Positions 9,383-23,853 of a DNA stretch of 64,000 bases are shown piece after piece. The stretch spans positions 73,147 to 137,146 of the forward strand of contig JBAZZR010000002.1 in the NCBI GenBank assembly GCA_041658665.1. The letters are read 5' to 3'. A model generated the notes under the pieces. That model did no database searches, had not been told where the DNA came from, and saw only the letters and a program-made list of their open reading frames with translations. The position numbers were made by a program, and so were the translations under genes. The DNA is from Patescibacteria group bacterium (lineage in GTDB: Bacteria > Patescibacteriota > Patescibacteriia > Patescibacteriales > UBA12465). Position 1 is the first letter of the stretch, and every line of letters starts with the position of its first letter.

Positions 9383-10705
9383 TTATTTTACGAAGTTCCC
9401 CTCTAGCCCGAAAGCTAAAGCCTTATCAATTCTGACTTTAACAAAATGACCAATTAAGTCATTTTTTTTATTAGTTTTAATACTCTCGGGCTGATTAATT
9501 AAAACCGTCTGATAACTGCTAGTTTTCCCGTAATACTTCCCACGCTTATTTTTCCCTTCGACTAAAACTTCGACTACTTTATTTAAATATTTATTATTAT
9601 TGCCGCCAGCGCTTTTTTTTAAAACCTCATTTAACTTAAAAACGCGCTTTTTTTTCTCCGCGGGACTAACGCTATCCTCTAACTGGTAGGACGCCGTACC
9701 CGGACGCGGACTATAGGGAGAAATATAGGCTAAATCAAAATTTACTTTTTTAAATAATTTAACCGTGTTCATAAATTGCGCCAAACTTTCGCCCGGGAAA
9801 CCAACGATAATATCGGTAGTAATTGCTATCCCCGGTTTAGCGGCTCGAACCTTCTTTATTAAACTCAAATAATGTTTAACTGTATAGCGGCGATTCATCG
9901 CCTTTAATATTCTGTCGTCGCCCGATTGTACCGCGAGATGTAAGTGCGAGCAGACTTTAGGCGATGAGCCTAAAACTTTAATTAATTCATCGCTCATGTC
10001 TTTCGGATGGCTAGAAGAAAAACGCAACCAAAATTTACCAGGGATTTTTATTAGCGCTTTTAAAAGTCGAGTAAAATTATATTTATTATCGTGATAACTA
10101 TTAACATTCTGAGCAATAATCGTTATCTCTTTATAGCCATGTTTTACTAAAGATTTAACTTCTCTAATAATATCCGCCGCCGGCCGATAAACTTCGCGGC
10201 CGCGCGCGTAAGGCACGACACAATAAGAACAAAAATTATCGCAACCATTACCAATCGGCACAAAAGCTGAAAATTTACTATCATGTTTCGGATTAATATC
10301 TAAATATTTTTCGCCTTCTTTAAGACGAACCTCGTCTAAACTAAAATGTGGCTTAAATTTTTCGCCGGCTAAGAGCGCTGGTAAACGTAAAATTTCACTA
10401 ATCGGCAAAAAAATCAACGTTGATTTTTTTAAGCGCCTCTGCACGTCCTCCCGCCGACTCAAACAGCCAGTCACGACGATTCGCGCGGTTTTATTATCTC
10501 GACTAATCTGATTAACTAAACCATAAGCGCGATCTTCCGCGGCCTGTTTAATCCCACAAGTATTAATTATAATCACCCCCGCTCGCTTTAAAGCGGCGGC
10601 GGCCCTAAAACCGGATTCTTCTAAATAAGCGGCCAGACGCTCACTATCGACTTTATTCATCTGGCAACCAATCGTAATAATATAATAAGTTTTGTTCTTT
10701 TTCAT
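9383..10705 (-). CDS. miaB: MiaB/RimO-family radical SAM methylthiotransferase
   Basis: N-terminal TIGCQMN...NTCGI...GC, radical SAM CDNFCSYCVVPYARG, and a C-terminal TRAM-like segment. Confidence 0.85.
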   Translation of the reverse strand: MKKNKTYYIITIGCQMNKVDSERLAAYLEESGFRAAAALKRAGVIIINTCGIKQAAEDRAYGLVNQISRDNKTARIVVTGCLSRREDVQRRLKKSTLIFLPISEILRLPALLAGEKFKPHFSLDEVRLKEGEKYLDINPKHDSKFSAFVPIGNGCDNFCSYCVVPYARGREVYRPAADIIREVKSLVKHGYKEITIIAQNVNSYHDNKYNFTRLLKALIKIPGKFWLRFSSSHPKDMSDELIKVLGSSPKVCSHLHLAVQSGDDRILKAMNRRYTVKHYLSLIKKVRAAKPGIAITTDIIVGFPGESLAQFMNTVKLFKKVNFDLAYISPYSPRPGTASYQLEDSVSPAEKKKRVFKLNEVLKKSAGGNNNKYLNKVVEVLVEGKNKRGKYYGKTSSYQTVLINQPESIKTNKKNDLIGHFVKVRIDKALAFGLEGNFVK

Positions 10706-10739
10706 AGATTAACTATCTTCTTAACGATTTACCTATTTC

Positions 10740-13124
10740 CTAACGGCTTTCTTGATAATCCCAAACCGGTCCAACCGCAAATATTTTATTAGCGCCGGAC
10801 TGATAAGTCAAGACCAGAAGCTGTAAACGACTTAAATCTTCCTTCAGGGCGATATTTTGCGAGGGGAATCTTAAATATAACTGTTTAACCGCTGATTCGG
10901 TTCGATTAACTTTTAATTGTTTAACAAAGGCTAGGGCGGCGGCGTTATCATTAGCGTCTAGAACTTGTCCGGAAAGTTCCTTTAAGATTATTTTCTTTAG
11001 AGCTAAGAGGCTATCGGAAAAATTCGTGAGATCCTGAAGAACTAAACGAACCTCAATATCTAACTGTAAAGCCGAAAACATTTTAACCAACATATTATTA
11101 TTAGCTAAAAGCTCATTAACTAAAGCTAAATTCGGTTCAACATAAGAATTCTCACTACTACCTGAGGCGCCTAAATTACTAGCGCTCGTGAGCGGACCGA
11201 GGGTAATTTGATCGGCCGGCAATTGAAAATTAATCCAGGCGCTAGCCACGGTCTTTAAATTTTTATGAGTCCAGGCGACGGAATGAGAAAATAAAGGGAG
11301 ATTACTAGGAGCCATGTTCAAATAAGACTTGATCAACTTTAAATTCGTCCAATAATTACTCATCGGCCAAACACTATTTTTATCAAGTTCACTGGCTAAT
11401 TGTTGAGCGGCTAAATCATAATTAACATAATTAGTATTTTCCAAAAAATAATCTTGACGACTTATCGGATAAACTAAATTAACGGCGTCTAAAACAAAAC
11501 CGGCACACCGATTATAACTATTCCGCCCCTGATTAGCGCAAGCCGTGATATTATTCGGCTGAGTGCTGGTGCCTAAATAATTACCAACCGCAGGCGATAA
11601 TAGATGACTAAAAATATAATCATTAGGCCAATAATTTTGCGCCAAAACTCGAAAACCCTGTTGCGAGCGGAAAGTCTTAGCGCTCTGAATAGGGGCGCCA
11701 AATATTTCTGGAAATTCATAAACCGATAGTTTCGTACGTAACTTTCCTAAATTATCCCAAACTTCTTTATTTTGATCAGCGAAAAGTTCATCGATTTTAT
11801 AATTCGGACCGAAGAGAACGGCTAAAGAATCACGATAATGCAAATAACTTAAATCTTCCCGCAAGCCCTGGAAAAAAGAAATAACTTTATATATACGCGC
11901 CCATTTATTTTTTAGTTCCGGCAAAGCTGAAAAATCTTGCGCCATGAGACTAGCGGCGGTGAAACTTACTCGCCAATCCGCTTTATCCAGTAAACAATCC
12001 GAGCAAGTCTTATCCCGATAATTTAACGGGAATAAAGAATTAAGCCAGCGAGTCGCTAAATAAAAATTATTTAACTTCGCCTTAGGACGATAATCGGCCG
12101 GCACGACAAAATCGGTATAACTCCGCTTATACAATAAAACCGGCGACTTAATTTTAGTCGGACTAGCGGCGCGAATTAGCTTCAGCTCCGCTTCGACATC
12201 ATCACGTAAATAAGTCGGCGTTACAAAATAGAAACGTTCGGCTTCATTCTTAGTAAAAAAGCTAACTTGGCCTTGACTCGGCTGAGCCGAGATTTGCGCT
12301 GCGCTCGGTTTAAGTAATTCTAAGGCTACTGCGAAAAAAACTGTTTCTAAACGTTCGCCCTCTAAAACCGGGTCATTAATATTACCCAGCGCCGCCAAAC
12401 GAGATTCATAGCGGTCGCGAGCCGCGGTGTATAGTCTCTTGGCGATATCCCAGAGATTATCATAAAAAACATTTTCTTCTACGTCTTTAAAAACTTTCTT
12501 AAAAATACTCTGATACTGATAAATAATAAAATCCGCCGTAATTAGTAGAGGAATTTGCCGACTGTTTAAATTATTATAAATAGTCGAAAAATCCGGCGCT
12601 TCTTTAAGCCAAGGATTATTAATAACCGTAAAACCATTATTATTTAAATTGTCTAGACCTGCATCCAAATTTAATTTTCGGGAAACATCATAATAATTAA
12701 GCACATCAATTTTGACATTAATAGGCAACTGATAATCATTTATTTTAGCAACTATTTGATTATCCGGCGGTTCGTAGAAACTGGCAAAAGAAAGATATTC
12801 TACGGTAGAGCTGGAAAAAGAAAAATTACTAATAGTGGTAGTCGCTCCGCTCGCTAAATCAGAACTAGGTAAAACTGCGACTGACGACGTAGCGATCGCG
12901 CCGCTAGTAGTAGACTGGGGCAAATCGGCGCTCGGCTCAAAGCCGCGAAAATACTTTTGCCCAATAAAAAAAACAATCAATAATAAAATAAATCCGCTCA
13001 GAATTAAACCAATAATTAATCGGGTTCTTTTAAACGGCGCCCGAGGAGGCTTAGTCGACTGCGGACTAGCGCTATCCGTAGCTTTTAATTCGGAAGATAA
13101 AATTGTCGACGGCGCAGAAAACAT
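10740..13124 (-). CDS. Large N-terminally membrane-anchored hypothetical protein (794 aa)
   Basis: Long ORF with one TM helix (LIIGLILSGFILLLIVFFIG) followed by an S/T-rich linker. I recognise no catalytic motif. Confidence 0.5.
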   Translation of the reverse strand: MFSAPSTILSSELKATDSASPQSTKPPRAPFKRTRLIIGLILSGFILLLIVFFIGQKYFRGFEPSADLPQSTTSGAIATSSVAVLPSSDLASGATTTISNFSFSSSTVEYLSFASFYEPPDNQIVAKINDYQLPINVKIDVLNYYDVSRKLNLDAGLDNLNNNGFTVINNPWLKEAPDFSTIYNNLNSRQIPLLITADFIIYQYQSIFKKVFKDVEENVFYDNLWDIAKRLYTAARDRYESRLAALGNINDPVLEGERLETVFFAVALELLKPSAAQISAQPSQGQVSFFTKNEAERFYFVTPTYLRDDVEAELKLIRAASPTKIKSPVLLYKRSYTDFVVPADYRPKAKLNNFYLATRWLNSLFPLNYRDKTCSDCLLDKADWRVSFTAASLMAQDFSALPELKNKWARIYKVISFFQGLREDLSYLHYRDSLAVLFGPNYKIDELFADQNKEVWDNLGKLRTKLSVYEFPEIFGAPIQSAKTFRSQQGFRVLAQNYWPNDYIFSHLLSPAVGNYLGTSTQPNNITACANQGRNSYNRCAGFVLDAVNLVYPISRQDYFLENTNYVNYDLAAQQLASELDKNSVWPMSNYWTNLKLIKSYLNMAPSNLPLFSHSVAWTHKNLKTVASAWINFQLPADQITLGPLTSASNLGASGSSENSYVEPNLALVNELLANNNMLVKMFSALQLDIEVRLVLQDLTNFSDSLLALKKIILKELSGQVLDANDNAAALAFVKQLKVNRTESAVKQLYLRFPSQNIALKEDLSRLQLLVLTYQSGANKIFAVGPVWDYQESR

Positions 13125-13128
13125 AAAT

Positions 13129-14076
13129 TTATTTTAAATAATAATATTTATTCTGCAAATGTCCTTCATAAGTCTTGGCATAAATAACGGTATTCTTCCC
13201 TTTCGGCGTTAAAAAATAATTATAATCCGTCAAAATTGGATAGACCGCCGCTTCTAAGGCTAAGAGACCAGGATTGCAAATTGGTCCCGGCGGCAGGCCG
13301 CGATATTTATAAGTATTATACAGAGAATCAAGCTCTAATTCCGAACCGCTATGACTCGGGTTCTTATCATTTAAGATATAAGATAAGCTTGCGTCTGATT
13401 CGAGGCCTTGACCGTTCTTTAAACGGCGCCAAAAAATACCGGAAATAATTCGCGCCTCACGATTATCGCCCACTTGATAATTAAGCGGCGCTTCTTTCTC
13501 AATTAAGGAGGCCATAATAACAATACTATAAATAGTCTTCCCTTGCGCCTTAATATCAGCGCGCATCTTAGGACTTAGCTTCGAATCAAAATTAACTAAC
13601 ATCTTTTCGATAATTTCCTCTTCAGTCGAACTGGCGTAAACGCGATAGGTATCGGGAAATAAATAACCCTCCAAACCATAGTATTTCGGCTTATCAGCTA
13701 AAAAAGAAAATTTATCTGACCAATCGGGTAAAGGTAATAACTCTGGGTGAGAGCGATAATCGGTTTGCGACTGGCCCACCGCTCTAAAAAATTTAACGGC
13801 CGACCACGATCCTGATTCAGCTAAATATTGCCCAATGTTTTCGTTAGTCCAACCTTCTAAAATTTGAATAGTCTCCTCTGCTTTAGGAATAATCTTAACC
13901 GGTGGCGAGGACGGAGTAAATTTACTAATTAACTTAACTAAAAAAGAAGAAAAATTAGATTCATTATCAGTAACGAGCGCACGATAAACATAACGGATAT
14001 TAAAAAGCCCGACAATTAGTCCCGTCATTAGTAATATTACTAGCGCCAGCAAAAAATATCTAACAAAATATTTCAT
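13129..14076 (-). CDS. mltG: Endolytic murein transglycosylase MltG (YceG-like)
   Basis: N-terminal TM helix, ASLIEKEA, and SLYNTYKYRGLPPGPICNPG. Confidence 0.85.
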   Translation of the reverse strand: MKYFVRYFLLALVILLMTGLIVGLFNIRYVYRALVTDNESNFSSFLVKLISKFTPSSPPVKIIPKAEETIQILEGWTNENIGQYLAESGSWSAVKFFRAVGQSQTDYRSHPELLPLPDWSDKFSFLADKPKYYGLEGYLFPDTYRVYASSTEEEIIEKMLVNFDSKLSPKMRADIKAQGKTIYSIVIMASLIEKEAPLNYQVGDNREARIISGIFWRRLKNGQGLESDASLSYILNDKNPSHSGSELELDSLYNTYKYRGLPPGPICNPGLLALEAAVYPILTDYNYFLTPKGKNTVIYAKTYEGHLQNKYYYLK

Positions 14077-14078
14077 AA

Positions 14079-14582
14079 TTATTTGGCGGATTTAGACTGA
14101 AGAGCAGCCAGCCGTTTTTTCTCTTTCAACTCCGCTGCCCGCGCGATCAGTTCCGAACTAGCACGGATTTTTTTTCCCAAACCGTCCACTAATTTTATTT
14201 TCAGTTTTTGACAAATATCATATTCCGGAACATTCACGATGTTATGACGATCACCGCCGTTAGCGAAGATGGCCGGTTTAATTTTAGCTAATGATTTGAT
14301 AACAGGAATTTCGCCATTTGGTAACTTATAATCGTCAATTGCTAAAACTACCTCATCAACATCACGCAGGGCCCTAATAATCGTCATCCGATCTTTCTCA
14401 GACATAAAAGGTACTCGGTTTTTCAGCGCTACTTGTTTATCATTATTGACGATGACGACCAATTTATCACCCAGCTTTTTCGCTTTATGAATCATGTCTA
14501 AATGACCGACATGAAGCGGATTGAAAAAACCAGAAACGGCCACAACGACAAGTTTCTGACGAGAATTTTTAACAATTTTCAT
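14079..14582 (-). CDS. Cytidylyltransferase-like (HxGH) nucleotidyltransferase
   Basis: VAVSGFFNPLHVGHLDMI, an HIGH-type motif, in a 167-aa protein. Substrate is unknown. Confidence 0.6.
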   Translation of the reverse strand: MKIVKNSRQKLVVVAVSGFFNPLHVGHLDMIHKAKKLGDKLVVIVNNDKQVALKNRVPFMSEKDRMTIIRALRDVDEVVLAIDDYKLPNGEIPVIKSLAKIKPAIFANGGDRHNIVNVPEYDICQKLKIKLVDGLGKKIRASSELIARAAELKEKKRLAALQSKSAK

Positions 14583-14654
14583 AAGATAATTAGCGTAAAT
14601 TAGATAAGAGTATTATAACAAAAAAACTAAAGAAAGTTGAGGGCGCGCTTCAAT

Positions 14655-14687
14655 TAAAAAAATCGCCTGAAAAAGACGATTTTTTTA
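14655..14687 (-). terminator. Probable terminator after groEL
   Basis: Imperfect hairpin AAAAAAATCGCC-N7-GACGATTTTTTT directly downstream of the groEL stop. Confidence 0.4.
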
Positions 14688-14709
14688 ATTAATAAACTAA
14701 TCAATAAAT

Positions 14710-16485
<1,776 letters not shown>

Positions 16486-16533
16486 CTCGACCAGCTTTCT
16501 TATTTAAATAAACAACTACTAATTTATTTCTGA

Positions 16534-16824
16534 CTATTCAATAATAGCGATGATATCATTTTCACTTAAAACTAAATATTCCTGACCATCAATTTTTATT
16601 TCGTCCGGGGAGTATTTTTTAAACATAACTTGATCGCCGACTTTAACGCTCATCGGAGCAACTTGGCCGTTATCTAAAAGTTTTCCGACGCCACAAGCGA
16701 CGATTTCGCCTTTTTCTGGTTTCTCTTTATCAATAGTATCAGGCAAAACAATACCGGACTTAGTTATCTCTTCGCTTAAAAGAGCTTTAACAATAACATT
16801 GTTAGAAAGTGGTTTTAACTTCAT
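16534..16824 (-). CDS. groS: Co-chaperonin GroES
   Basis: 96 aa: MKLKPL.N.V.VK......T.SGIVLPD...EKP..G.IVA.G.G. Confidence 0.95.
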   Translation of the reverse strand: MKLKPLSNNVIVKALLSEEITKSGIVLPDTIDKEKPEKGEIVACGVGKLLDNGQVAPMSVKVGDQVMFKKYSPDEIKIDGQEYLVLSENDIIAIIE

Positions 16825-16852
16825 ATTTTTATTTAATATTAAATATTTTTTA

Positions 16853-16879
16853 TTAGCACTCTTATATATAGACTGCTAA
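16853..16879. promoter_or_regulatory. CIRCE operator (HrcA site), one mismatch
   Basis: TTAGCACTC-ttatatata-GACTGCTAA against the consensus TTAGCACTC-N9-GAGTGCTAA. It lies between the promoter and the groES start. Confidence 0.75.
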
Positions 16880-16888
16880 TCACTTAAT

Positions 16889-16917
16889 ATTTTATTCCTT
16901 TTTTAGAGCTCTGTCAA
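16889..16917 (-). promoter_or_regulatory. Sigma-70-type promoter of groES-groEL
   Basis: On the minus strand: TTGACA-N17-TAAAAT, 9 nt upstream of CIRCE. Confidence 0.6.
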
Positions 16918-17025
16918 GCACTCGACAAATTGATTTATTATTATTATGGTGCTAAAGTTAATGTAGATTTATTATGCTAAAATTAGGATAAATAAATTCT
17001 AATATCAAAATTTTATTGTTCCTGA

Positions 17026-18534
17026 ATGACTAATTTTTTTCAAAAAAACAAATCAACTAGTATCTTAGGAATTGCCTCTCTCCTCTTCTTGTTTTTTTTC
17101 TTTATTCTAATAACCCCCCTAAAAACTCCTACTAATCTTGAGCCACGTTTTGACTGGCCAGATTCAACGGCTAATTATTTTTGGGTCAAAGAATTTGCGA
17201 CTCATAATAAGCTATCCTTATCAGAGCCCTTAAATCTTGAGGCTGATAATCTAATCCATCCTCGAAGTTTTAACGTCAACTCACGTGGCGAACTAGTGCC
17301 GGGAAGCTTTCTCGGACTAATCTTAATTTTCGGCGGGCTCGCTAAACTATTCTCAGTGAAAGCAATTATTTATTTTACTCCCGTCTTAGCGGTCTCCGCG
17401 GCTTGGGCGCTCTATCTAATCATTCGAAAATTATTTAATTCCGAGAAAGTGGCTTTATGGTCGGCGCTCCTGCTCTTAATAAACCCCGCCTGGGATTATT
17501 ATACTTACGAATCACTCCTGCCTAACGTTCCCTTCGTCTCAATATTTCTCTGGAGTGTCTGGGCGCTACTATCAATTAAAAAAGAAAAGCTTATTACCTG
17601 GTTTAGTGCGGGACTTATCAGCGGTTTAGCGCTATCTATTCGCCCTTCAGAAATAATCTGGGTAACAATTATATATGTAGCGCTACTTATAAATCAAAAA
17701 AATATTAAACCAAATAAAGGCTGGCTGCTTCTTATTCTCGGCGGTGTAATTGCCCTTCTTCCCTCCCTATACGAACAAAAAATAATTTATGGTCAAGTTT
17801 TAAACGTCGGCTACAATCAGCTAGCGAGTCTGACTGAGCCTGGTTTACAGCTTAAATCTTTAATTAAACAATTGATAATTCCCTTCGGTTTTAGTCCCGG
17901 CGCCGCCTTCCAAAATTTCGGACGATATTTTTTGACTCTGAGCTGGCCTTTCCTCAGTCTCGCCATCATCGCTTATTTTTTCTTAAAAGAAAAACGCTCT
18001 TTATTTAACAAATATTTACTCATCAGCGCCGTTATCTTCATTTATTTAATTTTTTACTACGGTTCTTGGCGTTTTGACGATCAATTAAATTTAAGCCTAA
18101 ATAATTTAGGCGCCTCTTATAGCCGCTATTGGCTGATTTTATCGGTCTTAATTCTCCCTCTAGCCGGCGCTTTACTCAATAAACTCGGCCGCCTTAAATA
18201 CCAAATATCTTTAAGCTGCCTACCCTGGCTCGTTTTTTGTTTCTTGGCCTTATGGTCAATAAATTTAACTTTATTTAAGGATCCTAATAATATTTTAAGC
18301 GTCAGACAAAAAGTAGCCACTTATAAAATCCAGGCGGCCCAAGTAATTAACCAAACCGAAGCCGAGGCGATTATCATAACGACTAGAACTGATAAATGGT
18401 TCTTTCCGGAGCGACGCGTTATTCATAGCTTTAACCCCCGTCAAGATAAAAAATTATTAGAAGTGATAGATAAATTAAAATCGCAAACGCCAGTATATAT
18501 TTTTGACGTTAAGAGCGGGCTCCAAAAACTTTAG
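17026..18534 (+). CDS. Polytopic membrane protein, GT-C/ArnT-like glycosyltransferase candidate
   Basis: 502 aa with more than 10 hydrophobic helices and a soluble C-terminal tail. The call rests on architecture only. Confidence 0.4.
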   Translation: MTNFFQKNKSTSILGIASLLFLFFFFILITPLKTPTNLEPRFDWPDSTANYFWVKEFATHNKLSLSEPLNLEADNLIHPRSFNVNSRGELVPGSFLGLILIFGGLAKLFSVKAIIYFTPVLAVSAAWALYLIIRKLFNSEKVALWSALLLLINPAWDYYTYESLLPNVPFVSIFLWSVWALLSIKKEKLITWFSAGLISGLALSIRPSEIIWVTIIYVALLINQKNIKPNKGWLLLILGGVIALLPSLYEQKIIYGQVLNVGYNQLASLTEPGLQLKSLIKQLIIPFGFSPGAAFQNFGRYFLTLSWPFLSLAIIAYFFLKEKRSLFNKYLLISAVIFIYLIFYYGSWRFDDQLNLSLNNLGASYSRYWLILSVLILPLAGALLNKLGRLKYQISLSCLPWLVFCFLALWSINLTLFKDPNNILSVRQKVATYKIQAAQVINQTEAEAIIITTRTDKWFFPERRVIHSFNPRQDKKLLEVIDKLKSQTPVYIFDVKSGLQKL

Positions 18535-18590
18535 AGACAAATATCAATTCTTAAAAATTATTTTAATTAAACAATAAAATAAACATAATT

Positions 18591-18926
18591 ATGACATTCA
18601 ACGAGTACCAAGATCGCTCCGACATGACCGTCCATAATAAAGATCAGTACGGCGATGACTATTTTATTTATTTAACTCTCGCCATTAACGGCGAGGCCGG
18701 AGAATTAGCCGAAAAGATTAAAAAAATATGGCGAGAAAAAGGCAAAAAAGCTAATGTCGAAGATAAAGAAGAAATTAAAAAAGAAATGGGCGACATCCTC
18801 TGGTATTTAGCCCAACTCAGTGAAAGTTTAGGTTTTAGTTTTGAGGATGTCGCGGTCGCTAATCTAAAAAAATTAAAATCCCGACTGGAAAGAGGGGCTC
18901 TTTACGGTTCCGGCGATAACCGCTAA
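18591..18926 (+). CDS. MazG-like nucleotide pyrophosphohydrolase
   Basis: INGEAGELAEKIKK...EMGDILWYL, the MazG EExxE/D helices, in a 111-aa protein. Confidence 0.75.
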   Translation: MTFNEYQDRSDMTVHNKDQYGDDYFIYLTLAINGEAGELAEKIKKIWREKGKKANVEDKEEIKKEMGDILWYLAQLSESLGFSFEDVAVANLKKLKSRLERGALYGSGDNR

Positions 18927-18931
18927 TACTT

Positions 18932-19744
18932 ATGACTATTTTAAATTCCATCATTTTAGGAATTATCGAAGGCTTAACAGAATTCCTGCCAATTTCTTCC
19001 ACCGCTCATCTAATCATCGCTGGCGAATGGCTTAAAATTCCTTCCTCTGACTTCCTTAAAACTTTTGAAATATCCATTCAGCTCGGCGCCATCCTCGCCG
19101 TAGTTATTTTATATTGGAAAAAAATCTGGAGTTCCTGGAACTTAATCGGAAAATTAGCGGCGGCCTTTGTTCCGACTGCTATTATTGGTTTAATCTTTTA
19201 TAAAGTTGTCAAAAATTATTTATTGGGCAATAATCATCTAATTGCCGCCGCCCTAATTATCGGCGGTATTATTTTGATTTGTTTTGAAAAATACCACTCT
19301 AAAAAAATAACCGGAAAAGAAGCTACGAATATTGGGGCTAATGCCGACGACCAAATTAAAACAATCTCTTATAAACAAGCGGCGCTGATTGGCGTTTTTC
19401 AATCACTGGCAATTATCCCCGGCGTCTCCCGCGCCGCCGCAACAATAGTCGGAGGGCTGAGCCTAGGCGTTAAAAAAAAAGAAATCGTCGAGTTCTCTTT
19501 CCTCTTAGCGATTCCGACAATGGCGGCCGCGACTGGCCTAGACCTTATTAAAAGCCATGAAGCCTTAATCAGTTTAAGTAACCATGACATCCTCGTCTGG
19601 ACAATCGGTTTTATAATTTCTTTCGTTACCGCCATAATCGGCATTAAATTTTTCATAAAATTCATCCAAAAAAATAATTTCTCGGTTTTTGGCTGGTATC
19701 GAATAGCCTTAGGACTAGTTGTCCTAATTTGGCTCTGGTTTTAA
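18932..19744 (+). CDS. uppP: Undecaprenyl-diphosphate phosphatase
   Basis: GIIEGLTEFLPISSTAHL, PGVSRAA.TI.GG, about 8 TM helices. Confidence 0.9.
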   Translation: MTILNSIILGIIEGLTEFLPISSTAHLIIAGEWLKIPSSDFLKTFEISIQLGAILAVVILYWKKIWSSWNLIGKLAAAFVPTAIIGLIFYKVVKNYLLGNNHLIAAALIIGGIILICFEKYHSKKITGKEATNIGANADDQIKTISYKQAALIGVFQSLAIIPGVSRAAATIVGGLSLGVKKKEIVEFSFLLAIPTMAAATGLDLIKSHEALISLSNHDILVWTIGFIISFVTAIIGIKFFIKFIQKNNFSVFGWYRIALGLVVLIWLWF

Positions 19745-19783
19745 TCAAATTTAATTATTAAAACTACTAGCTATCTGTAAAAG

Positions 19784-19814
19784 AAAAAGACTGCCCTCTA
19801 AACAGTCTCTTTTA
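19784..19814. terminator. Hairpin terminator between convergent genes
   Basis: AGACTG-N9-CAGTCT followed by CTTTT. Confidence 0.45.
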
Positions 19815-19832
19815 TATTTCGTTAATTAATTT

Positions 19833-20942
19833 TTACTTCAATTCTTGTATCTGCTCAATCCGACGCGTGTGATCGTCGACGGTCACCGCCATGAATTTAG
19901 CTTTACCAACTAAATTAGGATAATTATTCGCGATTATATCCCTCACGTAGGATTGAAAGAAATTAGTTTTTTCCTTCGCTCTATTTTCATCAACACCCTT
20001 CTGTTTAAAGGGGGCGGAAGATAAAATTAGAAATCCGTCATCATTAATTCGTCCTGACTCCATATTTTTTTCTATAATGCCAATCGCCTTAATGATTGAC
20101 TTGGACAGATCCGGATCAAAGGGGCCAACTAAGAGAGCTGTATTCGGCTCGTGCAACCAGTCAAAACCTCGACCGACGCCAAGAATCCATTCACAATGTT
20201 GCATGTCAGTTAAATCCCGACCTAATTCCTTAGTTTCTTTAATATGAGAAATATTACCACGCATGAGTGGCAATAAATCTGCCCGAACTCGAGGATCCAT
20301 ATCAGGATATAAATGGCTAATAACTTCCAAGAGATAATCTGGTTTATCCGATGTTTTATCAGTACATAAGAATATCCCGTCTGACTGCGACGGATCCTGG
20401 GGATGAAAAATCAGAGAATCGGTATCAGTCTCTAGACCGACAACTATCGGAAAGACCACTTGGTTGTTATAGCCAAAAAATCTATTAACTTGCTTATGAA
20501 ATTTAACCGTAAACTCAAAAGCCGCATTTTGGTTATATTCAAAGCCGGCGCATCCCCGATGATCGTCCCCCTTAGAAAAATGATAGGTTACTAGAATTAA
20601 AGACTTGCGCCCTTTTGATATTCCGTAATCTACCCAATCTTTTAAATCTTCCCCTAATAACGGCCAACCCAGATCAAAATATCCACCAATATTACGATAG
20701 GGGCGGATAATCCCGAGCGGTGTGTGTGTAACTAAGGGAATATGGATTCTTCCATCCATGCATTTAAATGCACAGATTTCAGTTGGATGATCAACTCGAT
20801 ATAATTGACGCGACAGACGCGCGCTCATAAATTCTGCCGAATGTTCTTTGTTTAAATTTAAGAGCCATTCAGTTTTTTCTGCAATAGTTTTGCCATTCAT
20901 AATGTTCTGTCCTTTTTTTGGTTTTTGTAAAGTACTATTCAT
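19833..20942 (-). CDS. Hypothetical protein with a beta-carbonic-anhydrase-like Cys/Asp/Arg...His/Cys pattern
   Basis: 369 aa. CMDGR at residues 61-65 and H..C (DHRGCAG) at residues 128-131. Family not identified. Confidence 0.35.
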   Translation of the reverse strand: MNSTLQKPKKGQNIMNGKTIAEKTEWLLNLNKEHSAEFMSARLSRQLYRVDHPTEICAFKCMDGRIHIPLVTHTPLGIIRPYRNIGGYFDLGWPLLGEDLKDWVDYGISKGRKSLILVTYHFSKGDDHRGCAGFEYNQNAAFEFTVKFHKQVNRFFGYNNQVVFPIVVGLETDTDSLIFHPQDPSQSDGIFLCTDKTSDKPDYLLEVISHLYPDMDPRVRADLLPLMRGNISHIKETKELGRDLTDMQHCEWILGVGRGFDWLHEPNTALLVGPFDPDLSKSIIKAIGIIEKNMESGRINDDGFLILSSAPFKQKGVDENRAKEKTNFFQSYVRDIIANNYPNLVGKAKFMAVTVDDHTRRIEQIQELK

Positions 20943-20970
20943 AAAAAATCAAATTATTATATAATCATTT

Positions 20971-21420
20971 TTACTTTTTGTCAAGACCACCACTCTTAAA
21001 TCTCCGCCACCGGTCTAAAGCGTGCATTCTCGCTAATTCTTTTTCTAATTTAGCCGCTACCTCAGTAAACTGAACGTCGTCAGCATTTTTAGCAGTCTTC
21101 TTTAACTCTTCAGCGCGCGCGTGAGCCATTCTAATCCTCTCTTCATCTAATTCCTCCGCTCTTTCGGCCGTATCCGCCAAAATAACTACCTTATCCTTCA
21201 TAACCTCAATGAAGCCAGCGGATACCGCCATGACTTCTTGACTACCGTCTATTTTTTTTAACTCTATAACGCCTGATTGCAAAATTGAAACTAGAGGAAT
21301 ATGATCCGGTAAAACAGTAATTTCACCCGTCGTTGTCGGAACGCTTAATTGCAAAATTTCTTCACGAAAAACGACCCGCTCGGGAGTGACAATTTCAAAT
21401 TTTATAGTTTTTACTGACAT
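20971..21420 (-). CDS. atpC: ATP synthase F1 epsilon
   Basis: F.IVTPE......E.....P...GE..VLP.H.P, plus its position after atpD. Confidence 0.9.
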   Translation of the reverse strand: MSVKTIKFEIVTPERVVFREEILQLSVPTTTGEITVLPDHIPLVSILQSGVIELKKIDGSQEVMAVSAGFIEVMKDKVVILADTAERAEELDEERIRMAHARAEELKKTAKNADDVQFTEVAAKLEKELARMHALDRWRRFKSGGLDKK

Positions 21421-21452
21421 AATTATTATTCCTATTCCTAATCCCGTGACGA

Positions 21453-23838
<2,386 letters not shown>

Positions 23839-23853
23839 ATCATTCTCACAATT

